Assembly: GCA_964291625.2 (NCBI GenBank)
Contig: OZ220089.1
Location: forward strand, 704,001 to 768,000
Length of the DNA: 64,000 bases
From: Candidatus Latescibacterota bacterium
Lineage (GTDB): Bacteria > Latescibacterota > UBA2968 > UBA8231
Direction of reading: 5' to 3'
Positions 54,541 through 64,000 of this stretch are shown here, piece after piece; positions within the stretch are counted from its first letter, which is position 1; every line of letters starts with the position of its first letter. The translations under genes were made by a program, and so were the position numbers. Under the pieces are notes generated by a model. It searched no databases. It was not told the origin of the DNA and worked only from the letters and a program-made list of their open reading frames with translations.

Positions 54541-57500
54541 TCACCGCCGCGCCCACTTGACGGCGTCGGCCACGACGGTGTGCTCCGGGCCGCGGTCGGT
54601 CAGCTCCACGTGGGCGGGACCGGCGGCCAGAGGATAGGTCCCCAGCAGGTTCCAGCCCTCCTCGGCGGCGGCCATGTCGAGGCCCGCGGACTCGACGCCG
54701 TCCTCGTGATGGACGAGGAAGCTCAGCTCCTGGCCGCCGCCGCCGCCCCGCCCGCGCCAGCGCCGCTCCTCGAAGTCCCCGAGGTAGTAGAACAGGTCGT
54801 AGCGGCCTCCCTCGCCGATCTCGGTGCGCCACGAGACCCGGCTGCGGCCGTCGCCCACCCTCTTGTAGTACCCCGAGAGCACGAAGCGGCCGTAGAACCG
54901 GGGGTCCGTGGCCGCCTCCCACGACCCCGGCGGACTCCAGAACTGGAAGCCCACGTAGGGGACGGCGTCCGCCTCCAGGCCGAAGAGGCCGGCGATCTGC
55001 CGGCGCAGCCAGTTGGGTCCCTCCACCGCCACGACCTCGAATCCGGGGTCCTCGTTGTCGACGACGTACTCGCCCTCCGTCTCGCCGGGGGCCAGCGGCT
55101 CGGGGCGCTCGCCGTCGAAGGGCTCGGAGCCCCGCCGCAGCCTGGCCTCGGGCAGGTGCACCTGGATCCGGGCCGGCAGGTTCCGCGAGACGTAGGTGTC
55201 GACCACCATCTCCGCCACCGGGGCGTCGACGACGAGGCCGACCCGCCGGCTCGAGGACGCCGGCACCGCCACCGTGCGGCGGTGGTCGGAGCCGGTTCCG
55301 CGCTGGAGCCAGGACTCGCCCTCGGACCGGCGGAAGCGCAGGCCCACCTCGACGACGCCGTCCACCGCCGAGGGGTTCGAGACCGTCAGCTCGATCTGGG
55401 TGCGGGTCCTCTCGCCCTGGCGCACCAGCCAGGCGTCGGCCTCCCCGATCTCGTACCCGGGCAGCTCGGTGCCCGCGAACCAGGCCTCCAGGTGCGCCTC
55501 GGCCGCCGGCACCCCGAGCCCCTCCAGCATCTCCATCAGGCCGGCCTCGGAGATCGGCCGGCCGCGGTGCCGGCCGACGAAGGCGCGGATCTCCCGGGCG
55601 AACCGCTCGGGACCGGCCGTGGCCGCGAAGGTCAGCAGCAGCTGCCGGGACTTGGCCCGGACCGCCGCCTCGATCTCCGGGTCGCCCGCGGCTCCCGGGG
55701 AGGCCAGCAGCTCCCGCAGGCTCCGCTCCTGCAGCGTCAGGTTGGACCGCTCCGCCCCGGTGAGCCCCCGCCACCTGCGGTACCAGGGGTCGTCCGGCGG
55801 CCCCAGGCCCAGCTCGAACCAGGACCCCAGGACGGCGTTGAGCACCGGCCAGCGGGGCGACGACAGGTGGGTGGCATGGGAGACGTAGGCGGGCAGCAGG
55901 CGGTAGCGGCCCTGCAGGTCCGGGTCGCCGCTCACCGCCGACCAGCCGTCGGAGCGCGTGCCCAGCAGGTCGACCTCGACGAAGGTCCGGAAGTACCCGG
56001 ACTGCAGGTCCAAGGCGCTCTCGAGCTGGTTGGCGCGCTCCTGGCTCCGCCGCGAGCGCCGCTTCATCCGGCGGAAGTCGCCGGCGTCGCAGAGGGTGCC
56101 CATCTCCGGCAGGAAGACGATCTCCGGCTGCACCGACTCCTGGGCCAGGGTCCACAGCCGGCGGTGGGACCAGGCCTGCAGGGGCACCTCCACCAGCGAC
56201 AGGCGGGGGTACGGGTACTCGAGGCCCAGTCTCGCCTCGTAGCCGGCGCGCAGCTCGCGGATCAGCCCCGGCAGGGCCGGACCCAGGGAGTCGAGGTGGG
56301 CGTCGAAGTAGGCGTGCCCCGGCCGCACGGCGAGGCTGTAGGCGACGCCGTCGACCTCGATCTGCCGGCGTTCGTACTCGCCGGCGGTGAGCGAGACCCC
56401 CGGCACCGGGCCGCTCTCGAAGCGGAAGCGGAGGCCGGCCGCGGTCGTGTCCACCCGGGCCTCGCCCTGGGAGAAGGCCGTCCAGCCGCGCGGCACCTCC
56501 ACGGCCAGCCGGAAGCGGGGGTAGTCGCGGCGGCCGGCGGCCGGGAAGGCGGCCCCCGGCGGCAGCCCGCTCACGGGGTACCAGGCGGTCTCCGGCGTCA
56601 GGTGCAGGTAGGCGGGGGTGACGAAGCCGTAGGTCTTGGGGACGGTGATCACCCAGTAGCCGAAGGGGTCCTCGATGCGCTCGCCGCCCACGTCGAGGTA
56701 GGCGGCCCCGTGGTCCGGGGCGCCGTGGTAGTCGATGCGCACCCGGGCGCTGTCGCCGGGGGCCAGGGGCCCGGCGGGGGCGATCCGCAGCAGGTGCCCG
56801 GCGCGCCGGAAGGGGGCCTCGACGCCGTCGACGGAGGCCGCGGCCACCCGGAGCCCCGGATCGAGGGTGAAGAGCAGCGAGTCGAGGGCCTCGTCGTGGG
56901 GATTGAAGAGGTCCACCGAGGCGGCCGCCTGCAGCTCGCGGCCCCGGTGCCGGACCTCGATCTGGCAGGCGAAGGCCGAGGCCGCCGGCCCGGAGGCCGC
57001 GGCGCGGCTCAGGGAGACCAGGTCGGCGCGCCTCTCGCGGCCGGCGAGGCGGTCCTCCAGGTAGGTGGCCCCCATCCAGGCGGCGCCCCCGAGACAGGCC
57101 GCGGCCACCACCGCCGCCGCGGCGTTGGCCGCCGCGGACTGGCGCAGCCGGCCCATGAGCAAGGCCGCCGCCGCCATGCACCCCAGCCCGGCCAGCAGGT
57201 GGGCGCCGCGCACGCGCAGCAGCTGCTCCTCGTTGCCGAAGCCGACGAAGTCCGACCAGGCCATGGGGATCCGGAAGGCGTAGATGTCGAAGAGCTGGAA
57301 CCGCCCGTCGCCCGCGAAGACGGCCGCCGCCCATACCCCCAGCATCAGCACCAGCACCACCGCCTGGCTGCGCACCAGGGTGATCAGCAGGCAGGCCAGG
57401 CCGCTGGTCAGGACCAGGGTCGGCAGGGTGCCGAACAGGGGCAGGAACACGTACGGCTGCCAGGCGAAGGGGGCGTCGGTGAAGAAGCGGTGGTTGACGG

Positions 57501-57888
57501 CCACCGCCGCCAGGGCGGCCGCCGCCAGACCACCCACGGCCAGGCCGACCCCCAGCATCTTGCCGGCCACGTACCCGGGGTTGGTGAAGGAGTTGGCCAG
57601 CACCGCCTCGGAGCTGTCGAGCCGGCGGTCGCGCTTGACGAACTCGGTGGCCAGCAGCGCCGCCATCAGCCCGAGGTAGAGGTTGAGGAGGCGGACGGCG
57701 GTGAGGGGCAGGGCCCCCGAGAAGGAGCGGAAGGAGAAGGGGGCGCCGCTGAAGGGGGCGGTGAAGATGATCTGGATGAGCAGCAGGAACCCCACCGCCG
57801 CCAGCGCCGACAGGCGGAAGGCCCACGACCGCCACAGGAGCCGGCACTCGTAGCGGGCCACCGCCCACCAGGGGCCGGGCCACCTCAT
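54541..57888 (-). CDS. ABC-2 permease fused to an M1-aminopeptidase-like fold (no HExxH) and a Golvesin/xanthan-lyase CBD-like C-terminal domain
   Basis: VARYECRLLWRS plus TM segments; LGLEYPYPRLSLVEVP, GPERF…W…ELP (M1-like); VVDNEDPGF, WNLLGTY, VVADAVKW. Confidence 0.7.
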   Translation of the reverse strand: MRWPGPWWAVARYECRLLWRSWAFRLSALAAVGFLLLIQIIFTAPFSGAPFSFRSFSGALPLTAVRLLNLYLGLMAALLATEFVKRDRRLDSSEAVLANSFTNPGYVAGKMLGVGLAVGGLAAAALAAVAVNHRFFTDAPFAWQPYVFLPLFGTLPTLVLTSGLACLLITLVRSQAVVLVLMLGVWAAAVFAGDGRFQLFDIYAFRIPMAWSDFVGFGNEEQLLRVRGAHLLAGLGCMAAAALLMGRLRQSAAANAAAAVVAAACLGGAAWMGATYLEDRLAGRERRADLVSLSRAAASGPAASAFACQIEVRHRGRELQAAASVDLFNPHDEALDSLLFTLDPGLRVAAASVDGVEAPFRRAGHLLRIAPAGPLAPGDSARVRIDYHGAPDHGAAYLDVGGERIEDPFGYWVITVPKTYGFVTPAYLHLTPETAWYPVSGLPPGAAFPAAGRRDYPRFRLAVEVPRGWTAFSQGEARVDTTAAGLRFRFESGPVPGVSLTAGEYERRQIEVDGVAYSLAVRPGHAYFDAHLDSLGPALPGLIRELRAGYEARLGLEYPYPRLSLVEVPLQAWSHRRLWTLAQESVQPEIVFLPEMGTLCDAGDFRRMKRRSRRSQERANQLESALDLQSGYFRTFVEVDLLGTRSDGWSAVSGDPDLQGRYRLLPAYVSHATHLSSPRWPVLNAVLGSWFELGLGPPDDPWYRRWRGLTGAERSNLTLQERSLRELLASPGAAGDPEIEAAVRAKSRQLLLTFAATAGPERFAREIRAFVGRHRGRPISEAGLMEMLEGLGVPAAEAHLEAWFAGTELPGYEIGEADAWLVRQGERTRTQIELTVSNPSAVDGVVEVGLRFRRSEGESWLQRGTGSDHRRTVAVPASSSRRVGLVVDAPVAEMVVDTYVSRNLPARIQVHLPEARLRRGSEPFDGERPEPLAPGETEGEYVVDNEDPGFEVVAVEGPNWLRRQIAGLFGLEADAVPYVGFQFWSPPGSWEAATDPRFYGRFVLSGYYKRVGDGRSRVSWRTEIGEGGRYDLFYYLGDFEERRWRGRGGGGGQELSFLVHHEDGVESAGLDMAAAEEGWNLLGTYPLAAGPAHVELTDRGPEHTVVADAVKWARR

Positions 57889-58775
57889 GCGCTCCCGCCC
57901 TCCGGCTCGATCGACTGCAGGTGGTGGAGGTAGGCGTCCTCGAGGCCGGGGGCGGCCGCTTCGGCCGAGGCCGCCGGCGGCTCGGCGGCCACCAGGCGGA
58001 CCTCGTATCCGTCGACCGACGGCACCGTGGAGACCACGGCGAAGCGCTCCTTCAGCCCGTCCAGCTCGGCGTGGGTCGCCGCCACCTTCCAGACTCGGTC
58101 CCGGGCCGAGTCGATCAGGCCCGCCGGCGGCCCCCGCCAGGAGATCCGTCCCCGGTTCAGCAGCGCCATGTCGGTGCAGGTCGAGGAGATGTCCCCGACG
58201 ATGTGGGTGGAGAGGAGGATGACGATCCCGCCCCGGGCCAGGTCGGCCAGCAGGTTGCGGAAGCGCAGCCGCTCCTGGGGGTCGAGCCCCACCGTGGGCT
58301 CGTCCACCACCAGGATCGAGGGATCGCCGATCAGGGTCTGGGCGATGCCGAGGCGGCGCTTCATGCCGCCCGAGAGCTTGCCCGCCTGCCGGTCCCGCAC
58401 CTCGAAGAGGCCCACCAGCTCCAGGAGCCGGTCGATGCCCTCGCGGCGCTCGCGGCGGCCCAGGCCGCGAAGGCACGCCTGGTAGTCGAGGACCTCCCAC
58501 GCCGCCAGCCGCGGGAAGCGGCTGAACTCCTGGGGCAGGTAGCTGACCATGCGCCGCACCTGCGCCCGGTGGCGGTCGATGTCCAGGCCGTCGACCCGAA
58601 CGCGGCCGGAGGTCGCCTTCAGCAGGGTGACGAGGATGCGGATGAGGGTGGTCTTGCCGGCGCCGTTGGGCCCGAGGAGGCCGAACATGCCGCTGCCGAT
58701 CTCCAGGTCCACGTCCCTGAGGGCGTGGAAGCCGCCGCGGTAGCGCTTGGTCAGCCCCTGTATCTCGATTCTCAT
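57885..58775 (-). CDS. ABC transporter ATP-binding protein
   Basis: GPNGAGKTT, LSGGMKR, VVDEPT, STH. ATG at 58775. Confidence 0.95.
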   Translation of the reverse strand: MRIEIQGLTKRYRGGFHALRDVDLEIGSGMFGLLGPNGAGKTTLIRILVTLLKATSGRVRVDGLDIDRHRAQVRRMVSYLPQEFSRFPRLAAWEVLDYQACLRGLGRRERREGIDRLLELVGLFEVRDRQAGKLSGGMKRRLGIAQTLIGDPSILVVDEPTVGLDPQERLRFRNLLADLARGGIVILLSTHIVGDISSTCTDMALLNRGRISWRGPPAGLIDSARDRVWKVAATHAELDGLKERFAVVSTVPSVDGYEVRLVAAEPPAASAEAAAPGLEDAYLHHLQSIEPEGGSA

Positions 58776-58874
58776 GCCAGTGATTCCGGTGGGGCCAAGG
58801 AACCCCCGGAACCCGGACTCTCGCAAGGGGCGAGGTCCCGCCGCCGGGCGGGGGCGGCGCCACGGCCCGGACCT

Positions 58875-59230
58875 TCAGACGGCGGCCGGGGGCGCCGCCA
58901 CCTCTCAGACGTCCAGGCGCCGGCCGAGATCCTCCAGGGCGCGGGACCAGCGCCCGGGGGCGCCGCCGGGCCTCAGACGTCCAGCTGCCGCCCAGATCCT
59001 CCAGGGCCCGGGACCAGCGGCCGGGGGGCGCCGCCGGGCCTCAGACGTCCAGCTGCCAACCGAGATCCTCCAGGGCCCGGGACCAGCAGCCGGGGGCGCC
59101 GCCGGGCCTCAGGCGTCCAGCTGCCGGCCGAGATCCTCCGAGGCGCGGGACCAGCAGCCGGGGGGCGCCGCCGGGCCTCAGGCGTCCAGCTGCCGGCCCA
59201 GATCCTCCAGGGCCCGGGACCACCGGCCGG
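58875..59230. repeat. ~68-bp tandem repeat, five copies, derived from the 3' end of the SDR gene
   Basis: Units start at 58905, 58973, 59041, 59109 and 59178 (TCAG(A/G)CGTCCAG…AGATCCTCC…GGGACCA); partial unit at 58875. Confidence 0.92.
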
Positions 59231-60278
59231 CGAAGTCGATCTCGGCGGGCCGCTCCTCTCCGTGTTTGGCGGTGGACAGGCGCCCGGGGTCGGCCGCGTA
59301 CCACTCGACGGTCCGGCGGGTCCACTCCTCCCCGGAGAGGCGGTAGTCCAGGCCGATGTCGGCCTGGGCCTTGTCGAGGTTCATCAGCAGCGGGCAGGAG
59401 CTGAAGGGGGCGAAGGACCACTCCCTCCACGGCAGGCCCGAGTGGCGCTCCAGGACCTCCGAGGGGACGGAGACGGGGCGCAGCGGCCGGTCCGCGGCCT
59501 CGGCCATGATCCGCAGCCAGTTGACCAGGGACGGAGATTCCGCCTGGGCGTAGTTGTAGGTGTTGCGCGGCGGACCGTCCTCCAGGAGCCGCACCAGGAA
59601 GCGGGCCAGGTCCTCGGAGAAGCCGACCTGGACGGCGTGGACGCCGCCGTCGGGCAGCAGGATCGGGCCGCCGTCGAGGATCCGCGTCAGCCACCAGGCG
59701 AAGCGGCCCGAGGGATCGGCCGGGCCCAGGGTGGCCGGCACGCGCACGACGATCCAGGGCCAGTCGGCGGGCGACTCCAGCATGACCCGCTCCATCATGC
59801 GCTTGCCCTCGCCGTACTCATCGACCTCGTCCCGGTACTCCCAGGACTGGCCGGAGACGTCGAGGTCGGCCTCGCGCACCGGCTCGAGGCGGCGGTAGTC
59901 GACGGCGAAGCGCTCCTCGTCGGCGAGGGGCTCGGCCGCCGTGGACCGGCGGAAGGAGTGGCCGGCCTCGCCGTAGACCGAGACGGTGCTGGCCACGACG
60001 TAGCGGCCGACGCGGCCCCGCAGGGCGCGGACGGCGCTCTCGGCCTCCCGGCGGTTGAAGCACTGGTTGTCGATGACCCCGTCGAAGCGGCGGCCCTCCA
60101 GCCTGCGGGCGAGGCCGTCGGCGTCCTCGCGGTCGCCCTCGATGTGCTCGATGTCGTCCCAGAACCCGGGCCGTGAGTTGCCGCGGCTGAAGATCGAGAC
60201 GCGATGGCCGGCCTCCAGCATCTGCTCGACCGCGGCCAGTCCGAAGTACCCCGTGCCTCCCAAGACCAGAACGTCCAC
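59178..60278 (-). CDS. NAD-dependent epimerase/dehydratase (extended SDR)
   Basis: VLVLGGTGYFG, STVSVY, YGEGK. Confidence 0.88.
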   Translation of the reverse strand: MDVLVLGGTGYFGLAAVEQMLEAGHRVSIFSRGNSRPGFWDDIEHIEGDREDADGLARRLEGRRFDGVIDNQCFNRREAESAVRALRGRVGRYVVASTVSVYGEAGHSFRRSTAAEPLADEERFAVDYRRLEPVREADLDVSGQSWEYRDEVDEYGEGKRMMERVMLESPADWPWIVVRVPATLGPADPSGRFAWWLTRILDGGPILLPDGGVHAVQVGFSEDLARFLVRLLEDGPPRNTYNYAQAESPSLVNWLRIMAEAADRPLRPVSVPSEVLERHSGLPWREWSFAPFSSCPLLMNLDKAQADIGLDYRLSGEEWTRRTVEWYAADPGRLSTAKHGEERPAEIDFAGRWSRALEDLGRQLDA

Positions 60279-60305
60279 CCGGCTCTCCTTTCCTCGGGCC
60301 GGCGG

Positions 60306-61265
60306 TCAGCCGGCCGGTCTCTGCATGAAACGGCGGAGCCGCCACAGCCGCGACGGCGTCTTGCTGACGAGATGATAGGGGACCTGGCGGGCGCCGAAGG
60401 CGCGGAAGAAGCGCTCCACCGGCTCGAGCATGGAGCCCTCGAAGTCGAAGCGCCGGGTCACCGCCGCGGCGTGGCGGATGGCGTGCCACAGGCACAGACT
60501 GGTGGCCCCGCTGGTGCGCAGCTCCGGGTCCCCGCCCCCGATCAGGTAGTAGGCGCTGTCCTCGTCCCAGACGACGTAGGCGCCGGCGTGGGCGCGCCCC
60601 TCGCCGTCCTCGGCGATCCAGATGCGGCGGCAGCCGCGGGACTCGCAGGCGCGGTCGATGCTCTCGACGATCCCGGGCCCATAGGGGACGGGCCGCCCCT
60701 GTCTGGCGAAGGTCTTGCGGTTGAGTTCGTGCAGCTCCGCGGGCGAATCGGCGCCGCGCACGGTCAGGCCGTGGCGGCCCTCGGCCTTGCGGATCTCGCG
60801 GCGGGTGTTCTCCCGCAGGTCGGCCCACAGGGAGGCCTCGTCGCGCAGGTCGGGGAGGACGTAGGTGTAGCGCGTCGTCTGCGAGAACCCCCGCCAGTAG
60901 AAGGGGAGCCAGTTGGCGACGCCGTGGTGCCACCCCTGCTCGAAGTGGGCGAAGGGCGGCAGCCGGTCGATGAGGGCCGTCATGACCCGCTTCTGGCGCT
61001 CCAGGGTCCCCGCCGGCCCGGCGTCCGTCTCCCGCACCCAGGGGCCGAGGGTCTGGGTCAGGGGCGGCTGCACGAGCAGGGTCAGCCCCAGACCCCGGCG
61101 CGCGTAGTACGGCAGGGCGCCGGCCACGGCTCCGCCCTCCTCGACGACGGCCGCGTCCCAGTGCTCGGGACCGCAGACCGCGTCGAGCCACCAGTCCCGG
61201 CAGAACAGGGGCAGGTGGACCCCCTCCTCCCGCATCAGGGAACGGTAGGCGTCCTTGTCACTCAT
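60306..61265 (-). CDS. GNAT/FemAB-like acyltransferase
   Basis: WWLDAVCG, PPLTQTLG, TRREIRKA, FDFEGSM…ERFFRAFG. Confidence 0.82.
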   Translation of the reverse strand: MSDKDAYRSLMREEGVHLPLFCRDWWLDAVCGPEHWDAAVVEEGGAVAGALPYYARRGLGLTLLVQPPLTQTLGPWVRETDAGPAGTLERQKRVMTALIDRLPPFAHFEQGWHHGVANWLPFYWRGFSQTTRYTYVLPDLRDEASLWADLRENTRREIRKAEGRHGLTVRGADSPAELHELNRKTFARQGRPVPYGPGIVESIDRACESRGCRRIWIAEDGEGRAHAGAYVVWDEDSAYYLIGGGDPELRTSGATSLCLWHAIRHAAAVTRRFDFEGSMLEPVERFFRAFGARQVPYHLVSKTPSRLWRLRRFMQRPAG

Positions 61266-61405
61266 CTGGGTCGGCGGTCTCGCCTTCCAAAGGCTGGCGT
61301 CCGTTGCTCGCGATGTACGGGGGCGCTACTATGGCCTAGCATAGCGAAGCAGGCGGCAGCGGCAAGCCTCGGGCCCTTTCGAAACCCTTCCCCGACGGAT
61401 CGCGA

Positions 61406-62242
61406 ATGCTCATCGGCGGCTTCACCCGGATCTTCGACCGCCCCTCCTTCGAGGAGGTCCTCGACGCAGCCGCCGGCCACGGCCTCCAAGCCCTCCAGCT
61501 CAACCTCGAGTCCGCAGGCCTGCCGCCGATGCCCGACCGCCTCGACCCGAACCTCTGCCGCCGGGTCCGCCGCGAGGTCGAGTCGCGGGGGCTGACCCTG
61601 GCCGCGGTCTCCGGCACCTTCAACATCCTCCACCCGGACCTGGAGGAGCGCGCCCGCAACTTCCGCAGCCTGCGCGCGCTGGCCGACGCCTGCCCGGCCC
61701 TGGGGGCGCCGCGGATCACGTTCTCCACCGGCACCCGCAACGCCGACTACATGTGGGCCTCCCATCCCGACAACGGATCTCCCGAGGCCTGGTCCGACAT
61801 GCTCGAGGCCATGGCCGAGGCCGTGGAGACCGCCGCCGAACACGGGGTGCCCCTCGTCTTCGAGCCCGAGGTCTCCAACATCGTCGACTCGGCGCCGAAG
61901 GCCCGGCGGCTCCTCGACCACTTCGACTCCCCCTTCCTCAAGGTCGTCATCGACGGCGCCAACCTCTTCGGCGCCGGGGACCTGCCGCGCATGGCCGAGG
62001 TTCTGGACGAGGCCTTCGACCTGCTCGGCCCCGACATCGAGATGGCCCACGCCAAGGACCTGGTGCGCGACGGCGAGGCCGGCCACGTGGCCGCGGGCAC
62101 GGGCCTGCTCGACTACGAGCGCTACCTGCGCCGCCTGCGCGAGGCCGGCTTCGATGGCGCCCTCGTCCTCCACAGCCTCGACGAGGAGCAGGTGCCCGCT
62201 TCGGTGAGGTTCCTGCGGCAGACCCTGGAGCGCATCGGCTGA
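61406..62242 (+). CDS. Sugar phosphate isomerase/epimerase
   Basis: VFEPE, VIDGAN, AHAKD, AGTGLLDY. Confidence 0.85.
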   Translation: MLIGGFTRIFDRPSFEEVLDAAAGHGLQALQLNLESAGLPPMPDRLDPNLCRRVRREVESRGLTLAAVSGTFNILHPDLEERARNFRSLRALADACPALGAPRITFSTGTRNADYMWASHPDNGSPEAWSDMLEAMAEAVETAAEHGVPLVFEPEVSNIVDSAPKARRLLDHFDSPFLKVVIDGANLFGAGDLPRMAEVLDEAFDLLGPDIEMAHAKDLVRDGEAGHVAAGTGLLDYERYLRRLREAGFDGALVLHSLDEEQVPASVRFLRQTLERIG

Positions 62243-62249
62243 GGCCGCC

Positions 62250-63587
62250 ATGTCGAAGGACGAGAACGCCCTCTTCCTGAAGAACCCCGCCGGCGACTAC
62301 CCGACCATCGTCCGCGGCGAGGGCATCCATCTCCACGACGATCAGGGCCGGCGCTGGATCGACGGCGCCGCCGGCGCCAGCAACGTCACCCTGGGCCACG
62401 GACGTGCGGACATCGCCCGCGTCCTGGGGGAGCAGGCGGAGACCCTGGCCTACGCCTTCTCCATCCACTTCGAGAGCCGGCCCGCCCGCGACTATGCCGC
62501 GCGGCTGACGGCCCTGGCCCCTGGGGACCTGAACAAGGCCTACTTCGTCTCCGGCGGCTCCGAGGCGATCGAGTCGGCCATGAAGATCGCCCGCCAGTAC
62601 CACCTGCTGAGAGGGAACGAGGGCAAGCAGCTGCTGATCTCGCGCTGGGGGGGCTACCACGGCGGCACCCTCGGGGCCATGTCCCTCAGCGGCGTGCCGG
62701 GCCCGCGGGCGCCCTTCGCCCCCTGGCTCGCCGACTTCCCCCACATCGCCCCCTGCTATCCCTACCGCTGCCGCTTCGAGGGCTGTGACGGCGTCTGCAA
62801 TCTCAGCTGCGCCGACGACCTGGAGGTCGAGATCCGCCGCCGCGGGCCGGAGAACGTGGCCGCCTTCGTCTGCGAGCCCGTGCCGATCGCGGCCTTCGTC
62901 TGCGGCGTGCCGCCGGAGGGCTACTTCGCCCGCGTGCGCGAGATCTGCGACCGCCACGACGTGCTCTTCATCGCCGACGAGATCGTCACCGGCTTCGGCC
63001 GCAGCGGCCGCCTCTTCGCCATGGAGCACTGGGGCGTGCAGCCCGACATGATCGTCTTCGGCAAGGGGGCCAGCAGCGGCTACATCCCCCTCGGAGGCGT
63101 GCTCATGCGGCAGGCCGTGGCCGATGCCTTCGCCGAGGCCGGCCAGGAGTTCCTCCACATCTTCACCTACGTCAACAACCCCGTGGCCATGCGCGTGGGG
63201 CTGGAGGTCCTCGACATCATCGAGCGCGAGGAGATCCTCGCCCGCGTCACCGATCTGGCCGCCCATCTGGAGCACCGGTCCCGGCGCTTCCTCGACCGTC
63301 CCAGCGTCGGCGAGGTCCGCACCTTCGGGCTGATCCTGGGCATCGAGCTGGTGCGGGACCGGGAGAGCCGCCAGCCCTTCCCCGCCGCCGCCGGGTTCTC
63401 GCGCCGGGTGGCCGGCCACATGCGCGACCGCGGCCTCAACGGCGGGTCCACCACCGGCTGCGCCGACGGCGTCGACGGCGACGACCTCCGCTTCTACCCA
63501 CCCCTGACCATCACCCGGCCCGAGCTGGACACCCTCCTCGACATCGTCGAGGACTCGCTGGCCGCCGCCGAGAAGGAGGTCCTGTAG
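62250..63587 (+). CDS. Class III PLP-dependent aminotransferase
   Basis: SGGSEAIE, YHGGT, IADEIVTGFGRSG, PDMIVFGKG. Confidence 0.93.
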   Translation: MSKDENALFLKNPAGDYPTIVRGEGIHLHDDQGRRWIDGAAGASNVTLGHGRADIARVLGEQAETLAYAFSIHFESRPARDYAARLTALAPGDLNKAYFVSGGSEAIESAMKIARQYHLLRGNEGKQLLISRWGGYHGGTLGAMSLSGVPGPRAPFAPWLADFPHIAPCYPYRCRFEGCDGVCNLSCADDLEVEIRRRGPENVAAFVCEPVPIAAFVCGVPPEGYFARVREICDRHDVLFIADEIVTGFGRSGRLFAMEHWGVQPDMIVFGKGASSGYIPLGGVLMRQAVADAFAEAGQEFLHIFTYVNNPVAMRVGLEVLDIIEREEILARVTDLAAHLEHRSRRFLDRPSVGEVRTFGLILGIELVRDRESRQPFPAAAGFSRRVAGHMRDRGLNGGSTTGCADGVDGDDLRFYPPLTITRPELDTLLDIVEDSLAAAEKEVL

Positions 63588-63589
63588 CC

Positions 63590-64000
63590 ATGGCCGAGAG
63601 CAGGAGACTCCGGCGCGCGGCGCTGCTCAGCTTTCCGAGGGTGGCCCTCAACGAGGAAACCCTCGACCGGATCGTGGAGGAAGGGTTCACCGACGTCGGC
63701 GCCGGCCTGGTGGAGCTGCCCAAGGGCTACCACGGCTTCTCCATGGAGCTGGGGGAGCGGCTGGGCCGGATGTGCGAGGAGCGCGGCCTCGGCTACATCG
63801 CCTTCACCGGCTACATGAAGTACCAGGAGGCCCTGCTGGCGGCGGAGCCCCGGCGGCTCATGCACCTGGCCGGCGACGGCGCGGTGCAGGACCTCGACGG
63901 GCTGCGGGTGCGGTGGCTGTGCCCCTTCCGGCCCGAGAACAAGGCCTGGTACCTGGACCAGCTCATGGAGGTCTGCCGCTGGCCGGCGGTGGTCGAGATC
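63590..64000 (+). CDS. 3'-truncated hypothetical protein, possibly a TIM-barrel glycoside hydrolase
   Basis: ATG 2 bp after the upstream stop, with AAGGAGG; open to the window end; WLCPFRPE motif. Confidence 0.5.
   Translation, partial: MAESRRLRRAALLSFPRVALNEETLDRIVEEGFTDVGAGLVELPKGYHGFSMELGERLGRMCEERGLGYIAFTGYMKYQEALLAAEPRRLMHLAGDGAVQDLDGLRVRWLCPFRPENKAWYLDQLMEVCRWPAVVEI

Noticed and set aside
57889-58863. Extension making a 1440-aa ATPase-permease fusion
   Set aside because: The ATPase is in a different frame with its own stop; ATGA overlap at 57885-57888.
58875-59230. CRISPR array
   Set aside because: No unique spacers, units derive from a gene end, and no cas genes are present.

Overview
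High-GC bacterial DNA. The secreted proteins carry PNPFN-type FlgD-Ig/T9SS-like C-termini, dockerin-like DFDxDGxVxFxDF repeats and a TWGQVK tail, which suggests an FCB-group organism (Latescibacterota/Gemmatimonadota-like, possibly host-associated); this is inference. Layout: (1) 1-4.5 kb: sugar-acid/TIM-barrel enzymes and a small nuclease-like gene. (2) 4.6-21.4 kb: a single-chain GAF-PAS-kinase-REC-wHTH regulator divergent from three secreted proteins, two of them giant metalloprotease-adhesins, with 11-bp PhoB/OmpR-like tandem boxes between them. (3) tRNA-Glu(CTC) followed by an ~18 kb defence island: decayed fragments, then a Type I R-M operon (HTH-HsdM, retropepsin, half-size HsdS, OLD nuclease, AIPR, HsdR), an M48 peptidase read in-frame into a Cap4-like nuclease-STAND (Avs-like) protein, and a partner gene. 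(4) A channel-like membrane protein coupled to thyA. (5) 43.5-58.8 kb: the best candidate for an undescribed system, a seven-gene export operon that physically joins RND and ABC machinery. One RND subunit is fused to an ABC ATPase domain that is itself split by a membrane insert. The operon also has a second RND, an adaptor, TolC, a paralogous free ATPase, a small permease, and a giant permease with an apparently inactive M1-peptidase fold. (6) A 68-bp tandem amplification of a gene end, then SDR, GNAT, isomerase and aminotransferase genes. All calls come from motif reading; no database searches were run.
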